Positions 22,220 to 29,371 of a DNA stretch of 64,000 nt are shown in pieces. This stretch comes from a virus (taxonomy: Duplodnaviria; Heunggongvirae; Uroviricota; Caudoviricetes). Below the pieces are notes generated by a model. That model did not search any database, had not been told where the DNA came from, and saw nothing but the letters and a program-made list of their open reading frames with translations. Within the stretch, counting starts at the first letter, position 1. The number at the start of each line of letters is the position of its first letter. Location of the stretch: IMG/VR virus record IMGVR_UViG_3300033463_000040, positions 53,319 through 117,318 of that record. One strand, given 5' to 3'. The translations under genes and the position numbers were made by a program.

Positions 22220-22295
22220 TGGTGGCTGAGAGCGGGATCGAACCACTGACACAGGGATTTTCAGTCCCTTGCTCTACCAACTGAGCTACCCAGCC
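22220..22295 (-). tRNA. tRNA-Phe (GAA)
   Basis: Anticodon loop CTGAAAA; D-arm GCTCAGTTGGTAGAGC; T-loop TTCGATC. Confidence 0.8.
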
Positions 22296-22301
22296 AAAAA
22301 C

Positions 22302-22379
22302 TGGTCGGAATGCCCGGATTTGAACCGGGAGTCTCCTGTACCCAAAACAGGCGGAATAACCAGATTATCCTACATTCCG
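22302..22379 (-). tRNA. tRNA-Pro (UGG)
   Basis: Anticodon loop TTTGGGT; T-arm CCCGGTTCAAATCCGGG. Confidence 0.8.
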
Positions 22380-22469
22380 ATAAACTGTGGTAATCGATAA
22401 GATTTTACTTACATCTCTTCTACCCCATTGGGAAGTGTATTGATTATACTACAACTACCAAACTCAATT

Positions 22470-22499
22470 AAAAAACCTCCAGCTTTTTATTTCTGGAGG
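22470..22499 (-). terminator. rho-independent terminator (cctccag/ctggagg plus T6)
   Basis: Read directly, downstream of the ACP gene. Confidence 0.55.
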
Positions 22500-22622
22500 T
22501 ATCTAATCTTCTATAAAAGTATGATTAACACTTACCTCCAAAGGTACTAGGAAAGCATGGCCAAAAACATACATTTATTTTTTTCATATTATATAGAACT
22601 ATTTCTTTTATCGGTTAAACTC

Positions 22623-22856
22623 TCATTTTAAATATTTATTAGCAATATCTACAATATCTTGAATCGTTTTTACATCTACTAAATCATCATCTTTTATACG
22701 AATATCAAATTTTTCTTCTAATTTAGCAACCAATTCAATAGTATCTAATGAATCTAAACCTAAATCTTCATGAATAGACATCTCTGGAGTTATTTGAAAT
22801 GCAGTATATCCCATTTTTTCTAACTCTTTTATAATTTCAGTACATATATCTTTCAT
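22623..22856 (-). CDS. acyl carrier protein
   Basis: 77 aa, acidic, LGLDSLDTIELV phosphopantetheine-attachment motif (DSL). Confidence 0.65.
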   Translation of the reverse strand: MKDICTEIIKELEKMGYTAFQITPEMSIHEDLGLDSLDTIELVAKLEEKFDIRIKDDDLVDVKTIQDIVDIANKYLK

Positions 22857-23125
22857 ATCATATCCTTCCTATAAAACTATAAGGAGCAACCCATCTAAGT
22901 GTGTTCATGCTCCAACACCTTGCCTACCTAACTGTCTGGATTTGAACCAACTCAATCAGGTTTTGCATACACTCACCATAAGATTATCAGCGTGAAAACA
23001 CTGTGAGGTCAATCTTATGTATTTTGTGAGACCCTATATTGCCGATCCAAGCAGCAGCCTCCTATCTTCAGGCTGTCCCCGTCATTTTAGTCTTTGACCT
23101 ATAAGACCAAAACTTTTAATATTTA
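22857..23125. ncRNA. ORF-free structured segment (candidate ncRNA/intron remnant)
   Basis: 270 nt without an ORF. 9-bp stem cataagatt...aatcttatg, a T-arm-like ggatttgaacc, GC content above the flanks. Confidence 0.25.
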
Positions 23126-23398
23126 TTATCCACGAGTTTTAACATATTTACCCGGAACAACAAATGTTTTAGTAAAATCAACTAAATGATTTGTTTTTTC
23201 ATCAACCGCTTCAATTACAGTATATTGTGTATTTTTACCAGTAATATCTGCACCTACATTAACTTTTGCAGATAATTCATCATTAGTAAGATAATTAATT
23301 AACACAGCTTTACGAACATTTTCTTTACAAAATCCTAATAAATATAAATTCCAATGATCGTTTGTTGCAATTGGTGTTTGTTTACGGTTAAATGACAT
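23126..23398 (-). CDS. hypothetical protein
   Basis: ORF. Confidence 0.4.
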   Translation of the reverse strand: MSFNRKQTPIATNDHWNLYLLGFCKENVRKAVLINYLTNDELSAKVNVGADITGKNTQYTVIEAVDEKTNHLVDFTKTFVVPGKYVKTRG

Positions 23399-23486
23399 GA
23401 TTTTACCTCTTATTTTAAACTCATTGGGTGGGATTGATAATGTTACTAAAACATCATAGCAATTGTCCCACCCTTTTATATTTGAA

Positions 23487-23912
23487 CTATTTTATACGAC
23501 AATATTCAAAATATTTGCCTTCTACTCTACGCCATTTATAAATAGCGTTTTTATCTCTCAATAAGGCATCGTAAAAAATCTTTCCTAATTGACTTTTAGT
23601 AGATTTATCAATATCTACATCTGGTCTTTCTTTTAACCTAGCTTTTTGCCAATCAATACCCCATCTTTTAATTAAAAAATCTTCATTGGTAAATTCATGC
23701 TTATTAGATATATATGGAAACACATCTAAAGCACCAAACCATACCTCTTCTTTTGTAACTTTACCAACACCTCTAGCAAAGCTTTTAGCACAGCAAGCAC
23801 AATGATCTTCAATTAAAGACTTCTGAATATCAGTATATTCAGGAAGAGATGCAAAATGATTGATTAAGCGTTCTGGAGTATCAATCAAACCTCCATTTGT
23901 ATTAATAAACAT
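23487..23912 (-). CDS. hypothetical protein
   Basis: ORF. Confidence 0.4.
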   Translation of the reverse strand: MFINTNGGLIDTPERLINHFASLPEYTDIQKSLIEDHCACCAKSFARGVGKVTKEEVWFGALDVFPYISNKHEFTNEDFLIKRWGIDWQKARLKERPDVDIDKSTKSQLGKIFYDALLRDKNAIYKWRRVEGKYFEYCRIK

Positions 23913-24302
23913 ATTTTTTCCTTATGTTTTTCTTAGACTTATAGATATTAGGCATAATAAATAATTATCATTCACTAATATCCGGTTAAAATTGTTGTAG
24001 AGTCAATCAAATATAAACATCCAAGGATTGCATAAACATGCTTAATATATTATATAGACTCTACCCCAACACTATTTTGATAACTGTAACCCTACTCTAT
24101 CGTTTCAAGTATGTTACTTCATGATCGGTCTGTGCTCAGCAGTCATGACTAACCTGGAGTTAACACTATGTGCTCAACCTATTTTTTATTATCAAAATCT
24201 CTTACTTAGTAGGTCCCTTTACTGACTACGGCGTCCATTCAAATATATTGGATATACGATTCAAGGCTTTTATCTCTATACTACGATTACCTACTAATCT
24301 CT

Positions 24303-24377
24303 GGTGCCTGCTGACGGACTTGAACCGCCGACTTACTGATTACAAATCAGTCGTTCTACCAACTGAACTAAGCAGGC
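24303..24377 (-). tRNA. tRNA-Thr (UGU)
   Basis: Anticodon arm ACTGA-TTTGTAA-TCAGT; T-loop TTCAAGT. Confidence 0.75.
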
Positions 24378-24385
24378 ATAAACTA

Positions 24386-24462
24386 TGGTAGGAAGAGTGA
24401 GATTCGAACTCACGACCTTCGCTGTATCAGAGCGACATTCTAACCATCTGAACTACCTTCCT
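24386..24462 (-). tRNA. tRNA-Ile (GAU)
   Basis: Anticodon arm TCGCT-CTGATAC-AGCGA; T-arm GTGAGTTCGAATCTCAC. Confidence 0.7.
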
Positions 24463-24463
24463 A

Positions 24464-24539
24464 TGGTGGAGCTGATCAGACTCGAACTGACGACTCTCTG
24501 CTTGCAAAGCAGATGCTCTACCAACTGAGCTACAACCCC
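24464..24539 (-). tRNA. tRNA-Ala (UGC)
   Basis: Anticodon arm TCTGC-TTTGCAA-GCAGA; D-arm GCTCAGTTGGTAGAGC. Confidence 0.75.
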
Positions 24540-24605
24540 ATATAAATTTTTTGGTGGCCCTGACCGGAATCGAACCGGTACGACATTTAACTGTCAACAG
24601 ATTTT

Positions 24606-25309
24606 CTTACTACTATAGCTTTCACTACCAATTTCTTGTTTGTAGTCTGGACTTTGTCTTCACCATATATTTCTACTTAGGTGGCTGCCGTTAAGTCTCT
24701 ACACGTTCCTATTTCTAGGCTTCGCTCGGCGTTAGGATTATAAAACCTTTCACCGAATTTGACAGCATTCAATCGAGAAGTTTCCTACCTTGTTGCTCAT
24801 TAGTCTTACCTCTTCTAAACCTATAAGATTTAGTTAAGGAATGGCAATTTGGACACAATATAATTAAATTAGATAATAAATGATTTTCAGGATTTCCATC
24901 GATATGATGTAATTCGCATGGAGTATATTTGCTATTTTTTAATTTTTCACACCACCCACATTTCTCACACTTATCTTCTTTATATCCTTCATCTATTAAT
25001 CTTGTTTTTAATTTATATGTTTGATACTGAGGATACTTTCCTGCTAAAATTTCTTCTATAGATATTTTAGCAGATCTTTTTTTCTCAGTACCTTTTCCGC
25101 CTTGATTAGGTTTATAAATACCCAATCTTTTAGCATGCCTAATAAATGTTGTATATGCCATACCACATCTTTTAGCAGCTAAAGCCATTGTTTGAGACTT
25201 AATGATAATATCAATCATTTCTTGATCTGTAATTCTATTTTTCATAGGATTAACTCCTTATGATATAGAACTACTTTTTCAATAAATTATGATACACTCA
25301 TTTTCGTCT
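24606..25309 (-). mobile_element. group I intron in the tRNA-Leu anticodon loop, carrying an HNH homing endonuclease ORF
   Basis: Exon ends in U before the 5' splice site; the intron ends in G; P7-like CAGACTAC...GTAGT elements near the 3' end; HNH ORF inside. Confidence 0.6.
24769..25245 (-). CDS. HNH homing endonuclease (intron-encoded) with N-terminal HTH
   Basis: CELHHIDGNPENHLLSNLIILCPNCHS HNH motif; lies wholly within the intron. Confidence 0.65.
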   Translation of the reverse strand: MKNRITDQEMIDIIIKSQTMALAAKRCGMAYTTFIRHAKRLGIYKPNQGGKGTEKKRSAKISIEEILAGKYPQYQTYKLKTRLIDEGYKEDKCEKCGWCEKLKNSKYTPCELHHIDGNPENHLLSNLIILCPNCHSLTKSYRFRRGKTNEQQGRKLLD

Positions 25310-25360
25310 AAGTCTGCAGCGTCTACCAATTCCGCCACAGGGCCAAAATTAATAAAGTAA

Positions 25361-25450
25361 TGGCGGAGTGGGAGGGATTTGAACCCCCGGAAACATTACT
25401 GCTTCGGCTGATTAGTAATCAGCTGTATTAAACCGCTCTACCACCACTCC
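25361..25450 (-). tRNA. class II tRNA, Ser-like, with an atypical anticodon read as ACU
   Basis: Acceptor GGAGTGG/CCACTCC; long variable arm; anticodon arm GCTGA-TTACTAA-TCAGC gives ACT at 34-36. Confidence 0.55.
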
Positions 25451-25459
25451 TTTAAAAAA

Positions 25460-25549
25460 TGGCGGACAGAGAGGGATTCGAACCCCCGATACCATTGCTG
25501 GTATGCCGGTTTTCAAGACCAGTGTATTCAGCCACTCTACCATCTGTCC
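25460..25549 (-). tRNA. tRNA-Ser (UGA)
   Basis: Anticodon arm CTGGT-CTTGAAA-ACCGG; variable-arm hairpin ATACCAGCAATGGTAT; T-loop TTCGAAT. Confidence 0.75.
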
Positions 25550-25551
25550 AT

Positions 25552-25625
25552 TGGTGCACCAACCCGGTTATGCTCCGAGGTCTTAACCTTGGCAAGGTTA
25601 CATTCTACTATTAAACTACTGGTGC
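25552..25625 (-). tRNA. tRNA-Gly (GCC) with a non-canonical T-loop (AGCATAA)
   Basis: Acceptor GCACCAG/TTGGTGC; anticodon arm TAACC-TTGCCAA-GGTTA. Confidence 0.55.
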
Positions 25626-26109
25626 TTTTTATTCAAATATTTGAAAATTTCATCTTTAAAATTTTCAAACCAACCTAACTTTCTGTTACAATTACTACAT
25701 AATAATCCACGAAATTTAGAAGTTTTATGATCATGATCACGACATAATTTCGATATATCTTTTTTATTATGTTATGTGAAGCAATTTCAGTTTTACCACA
25801 AATTTCACATACCAAATGAGTTTTTTGGTATTCTTCTAATTCCCCATATGTAATATCTAAAATTTGCCCATTTTTTGCTTTTACAAATCTTTTTAATTTT
25901 TCTTCATGTAAATGATTACCTAATTTTCTATTTAAATTCAAAATTTGTTTTCTGTATTCAGGTTCTTGATATCTGGCTTTCATTTTATTTGAAATTTTCT
26001 TTTTTGTTTCTTGTGAAATATTACGACTATTTACACATTTTCTTGAACAAAATTTTCGATTTGTATCATTTTCAAATTCTATTCCACATTTTGGACAAAT
26101 TGCTTTCAT
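25616..26109 (-). CDS. Zn-ribbon + HNH endonuclease; HNH motif reachable only by a -1 shift at A-AAA-AAG (zero-frame product ends at 25675)
   Basis: Zero frame reads ...CEICGKTEIASHNIIKK then a non-conserved tail. The -1 frame from the A-AAA-AAG heptamer reads DISKLCRDHDHKTSKFRGLLCSNCNRKLGW, a canonical HNH motif. The 3' end overlaps tRNA-Gly. Confidence 0.5.
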
Positions 26110-26132
26110 TAATTTCCTTTTTTTAAATTTTT

Positions 26133-26209
26133 TGGTGCTTGTTAAGAGACTCGAACTCCTGACCCTCTGCGTGTAAAGCAGATGCTCTAGCCAACTGAGC
26201 TAAACAAGC
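26133..26209 (-). tRNA. tRNA-Val (UAC)
   Basis: Anticodon arm TCTGC-TTTACAC-GCAGA; T-loop TTCGAGT. Confidence 0.75.
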
Positions 26210-26402
26210 ATAGACCAAGAAAGCTAATAACTTTTTCATATTAACTTTCAGGTAATACTTCTAGCCAATGCTAAAAGAAAAACTTTCCTCTAATAAGTCT
26301 TACCAAAATTATTTCGTGCTTATTAGTAGGCTGTCTTTGATACGTATTCCTACCTTTATAGCCTCATACGTAACTAATAGTAGACACTTCTGTAAAACTT
26401 AA

Positions 26403-26476
26403 TGGTTGGAGCACCTGGATTCGGACCAAGATAACGGGAACCAAAATCCCGGGTTCTACCATTAAACTATGCTCCA
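26403..26476 (-). tRNA. tRNA-Gln (UUG)
   Basis: Anticodon arm CGGGA-TTTTGGT-TCCCG; T-loop TCCGAAT. Confidence 0.7.
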
Positions 26477-26482
26477 ATAAAT

Positions 26483-26557
26483 TGGCAGCCCCACTCGGAT
26501 TTGAACCGGGATTCTCGCCTTGAAAGGGCGGTGTCCTAACCATTAGACGATGGGGCC
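26483..26557 (-). tRNA. tRNA-Glu (UUC)
   Basis: GGCCCCATCGTCTAATGGTTAGGAC...CCGCC-CTTTCAA-GGCGA, very close to the E. coli tRNA-Glu pattern. Confidence 0.7.
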
Positions 26558-26564
26558 AGAAACA

Positions 26565-26639
26565 TGGCTGGCGTGGTCCGATTCGAACGGACAACCATTC
26601 GGTTAACAGCCGAAAGCTCTGCCGTTGAGCTACACGCCA
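26565..26639 (-). tRNA. tRNA-Asn (GUU)
   Basis: Anticodon arm TTCGG-CTGTTAA-CCGAA; T-arm GTCCGTTCGAATCGGAC. Confidence 0.75.
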
Positions 26640-27831
26640 ATATAAAGGTGTTTTGATTCTCTACGATGGCTCAATAACACCAAAAGCCTCGGCAAATCCT
26701 CGACCATTGGTCAAGGCCCAGAAATATGTTCAGTCGAGCATCACTAGCTGAACTCCGTGATGTTCGGATTGAGGTGTCCAATCAGTAGTTGAAACTTTAC
26801 CCCAAAAACCAAAAATGCATTTCTACATTCTGGCAATCCATACTAGCTAATGCTAATAGGAATTTAAGCGGAGAATGATAGTAAGACCCGGAATTTAGAT
26901 CACTGACTTGTAAGAGTACAAGCTAACCGGCCTATCAAACCCGAAATTAATATACATAAAAGTATATCAACAGTAAACATTTATACTTCCAATTCCACCT
27001 TACTAGAGCTCTTTCAGGTTTCCTATTCTTTCCCTTGGACTTGTTACAGCAAGCTGTATTGTCGAACACCAATACATTCGAGACTATTTCACTCGAAATA
27101 AGTATAAACATTAAAAATGCAGAATTTAGTTGGCCTAACCTAACGAAGTCACACCTGCATTAAACTCCGACTACTATCGACTAGTGACGATCGTTCTGAC
27201 CAGGAACGTTAGTCAAGGGATTTAGCCTACTACTGCAGTCTCAGCTAAATTGAGGGTGGGATTATTGGTTAGGCACTTCCCCTAACACTTCAGCCCAGTG
27301 TGCTGTGTGCTATACTTCACACTACTTACCCAAACTTTATGGCGACTCGTATGGGTACCGCCCCCATCTGATTTCCTGAGTGACAGTCAGGTGAACACAC
27401 TATGCATTCCCACGAGCCAAATATTTTTCTATACTTTTTGAGCTAAGCCCGCAAATAAATTTGGTAGATTCTGTTGCCAAGCTCTACCCAGCTCCGATTG
27501 ATAACTTTATTTAAATCAAGCAGCTATTGCACTTAATTTATAGTTATCGTTCGCTGGTTCATTTATCATGCCAGTCAATTAAATAATCTTTTGTAATTAT
27601 TTAGTAAACTGTATCGGTGATATTGCAATGTCCCTTATGCTTCTTTTGGTCTAGTACCAAATGTTCTATTCGTAATAAACTAAATATCACCAAACTTTAT
27701 GGTGGAGATATCGGTATTGAAACCGAGTCCAGTAAAAATATACTGTCGAATTTAACTCATCCCCTTGTATCTTTACCTAGAGCTGATAACATTACTAAGA
27801 TGTCATAGCAGTTGTTCTAGGATTTCATTTG
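26640..27831. ncRNA. 1.2-kb ORF-free, GC-enriched, hairpin-dense segment between tRNA-Asn and tRNA-Tyr: candidate large structured RNA
   Basis: No ORF above the noise. GC visibly above the ~28% background. Many GC-containing local stems (catcac..gtgatg, gttagg..cctaac, agtgtg..cacact, cctga..tcagg). CCAAACTTTATGG motif twice (27331, 27679). A tRNA-like 3' end at 27690-27725. Confidence 0.3.
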
Positions 27832-28098
27832 TGGTGGGAGAGGTTGGAGTCGAACCAACTCAGTCATAAGACAACAGATTTCATTGCTACATTGTTTTCA
27901 CATTGTAGTCTGGACTTTCTCTTCATCTCAATAAGATGTCTGGTGTAAAGTCTCTACACTCGGATTTCTCCTAGCTCGGGATTAGCATATCATTTAACTT
28001 AGCTTTCCCCGACTTAGCCAAATTTTCACTTATATATTACTATATAAGGCTGCAATTTTTTACAGTCTGCCCCGGCTCTCCGACTCCGGCGCTCGCCC
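27832..28098 (-). tRNA. tRNA-Tyr (GUA) interrupted by a ~180-nt intron; exons 28098..28062 and 27881..27832
   Basis: 5' exon GGGCGAG-CG-CCGGAGTCGGAGAGCCGG-G-GCAGA-CTGT joins to 3' exon AAA-TCTGT-TGTCTTATGACTGA-GTTGGTTCGACTCCAAC-CTCTCCC-A-CCA. The spliced anticodon arm GCAGACTGTAAATCTGT matches the E. coli tRNA-Tyr pattern. The intron core is homologous to the tRNA-Leu intron. Confidence 0.55.
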
Positions 28099-28106
28099 AT
28101 TAGTTA

Positions 28107-28607
28107 CTAATTAAAAAAGTTATTCCATATTTCTTTTCTTTTATCTAGATTATTTCTATACAAACCACTGCTAGAAGGTAAAACATGTTTTTGTAATTTA
28201 TCTAAATCAAATGATAAATTTTGTTGTTTTACGATTTTAGAAAATTCTTTAAAAGCAGTTTGTCCATTAAAATATAGATCTTTATTAATTAGTTTTTCTA
28301 AATTATTATATTGTTGTAAAGATATATTTTTATCTAGACTTGTTTCTTTATTATTTTTATCTAATCTAGAACAAGCAGATAATACATCCCATACACCAAT
28401 ATCTTTTTCTGCTAACCTTTTTATTTTTTCTATATAAGAAATTTTGTTATCATCTTTATCTTTAGTAGGAATATTTAATAATGTCCAAAAACTATTATTT
28501 GGATGACTATAATACTCACTACGTAAATTAGATACCAAACCTGGATAACTACCCAAAATAATTTTATTCGCAGATGGATTAACCATGTTCATTTTATACC
28601 TCCTCAA
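28107..28607 (-). CDS. uracil/thymine-DNA glycosylase, family 2 (MUG/TDG-like)
   Basis: ILGSYPGLVS...YYSHPNNSFWTLL matches the MUG signatures G.NPGL.S and HP.N.FW. Confidence 0.5.
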   Translation of the reverse strand: MRRYKMNMVNPSANKIILGSYPGLVSNLRSEYYSHPNNSFWTLLNIPTKDKDDNKISYIEKIKRLAEKDIGVWDVLSACSRLDKNNKETSLDKNISLQQYNNLEKLINKDLYFNGQTAFKEFSKIVKQQNLSFDLDKLQKHVLPSSSGLYRNNLDKRKEIWNNFFN

Positions 28608-28701
28608 TATTTTATTTAAAATTGAGAATTTAACCGATTCACAAAAACTCCTTATTAAAACAGAGGAAAGCGTATAAACCCTTTCTTATTTTTTTACAAT
28701 A

Positions 28702-28737
28702 ATTATATTATAGAACTATTTTTCTTAAAAGTAAAGC
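28702..28737 (-). promoter_or_regulatory. conserved promoter GCTTTAC-N18-TATAAT
   Basis: One of 12 near-identical motif instances; ~95 nt upstream of CDS 28107-28607. Confidence 0.5.
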
Positions 28738-28751
28738 ATTTATTTTCTGTT

Positions 28752-29150
28752 TTAATCTGATAATACTTGTGCCATAAATATACCATGATTATGCATTAAA
28801 CCAACTACTGCGCTGTGATCATCTAAGCCTAAATTAAACTCATAGCCTTTTTCTTCTAACTTTTTAATCATATCGAGTTTAAATTCAGCAGTAGTACCGG
28901 GGTAATCATGTGGTTTACAAAATACTTTCTTTTTAATATTTGGAAATAGTTCATTAAGTAATTTTTCTACTTTTTCTTGACCCATAGCCCAACGACCTGT
29001 AATGAATACGATAGTAAACTTTTGACCAAGCTGTTCGATTACAGATATCATCTTTTCATTAGGTTCACCAAAATGATCATAATTAGGAATAGCAAATTTA
29101 TGCGTAACTACACCATCTATATCACAAAAAATTGCTGGTATTTTATCCAT
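28752..29150 (-). CDS. HAD-superfamily phosphatase
   Basis: FCDIDGVV (DxDG motif I), FITGR (motif II), GLDDHS (motif IV). Confidence 0.55.
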   Translation of the reverse strand: MDKIPAIFCDIDGVVTHKFAIPNYDHFGEPNEKMISVIEQLGQKFTIVFITGRWAMGQEKVEKLLNELFPNIKKKVFCKPHDYPGTTAEFKLDMIKKLEEKGYEFNLGLDDHSAVVGLMHNHGIFMAQVLSD

Positions 29151-29371
29151 TATCTACTACCTTTACCTTCTCTATTTTTTCTTGTATATTCTTTTTCTAA
29201 TTTATGAAAAATACTCAAATAAAATTCATATGCTTTTTCTGGGTCCATAAAAGATTTCTCTGTCCATTTATCGTTTTCAACATAATCAACATGCCATCTT
29301 CTATCTTCATGTTTAAACAATGGGGTTTTACATCTTTCCGCTGCATATGCATTTGCTTTAATATTTGCCAT
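29150..29371 (-). CDS. hypothetical protein
   Basis: ORF. Confidence 0.4.
   Translation of the reverse strand: MANIKANAYAAERCKTPLFKHEDRRWHVDYVENDKWTEKSFMDPEKAYEFYLSIFHKLEKEYTRKNREGKGSR

Larger units (their letters stand above)
24552..25344 (-). tRNA. tRNA-Leu (UAA) interrupted by a group I intron; exons 25344..25310 and 24605..24552
   Basis: 5' exon GGCCCTG-TG-GCGGAATTGGTAGACGC-T-GCAGA-CTT joins to 3' exon AAAA-TCTGT-variable arm-ACCGGTTCGATTCCGGT-CAGGGCC-A-CCA. The splice falls between U34 and A35, as in the classical tRNA-Leu(UAA) intron. Confidence 0.7.

Noticed and set aside
24170-24391. 73-aa plus-strand ORF
   Set aside because: It overlaps tRNA-Thr and tRNA-Ile on the opposite strand; no RBS.
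25626-25675. AT-only hairpin ttgaaaattt/aaattttcaa downstream of the HNH zero-frame stop
   Set aside because: It could be a terminator, but it lacks a T-run and consists only of A/T pairs, so it is too weak to call.
26364-26594. 76-aa minus-strand ORF
   Set aside because: It lies entirely across tRNA-Gln, tRNA-Glu and tRNA-Asn. The translation is the tRNA sequence read as protein.
27617-27808. 63-aa plus-strand ORF inside the ORF-free structured region
   Set aside because: No RBS or start context, and it sits in a segment better explained as RNA. Kept only as part of the ncRNA candidate.
28660-28700. ggaaag/ctttc hairpin followed by a T-run on the plus strand
   Set aside because: It would terminate plus-strand transcription where no plus-strand gene exists, and the stem is only 5 bp.
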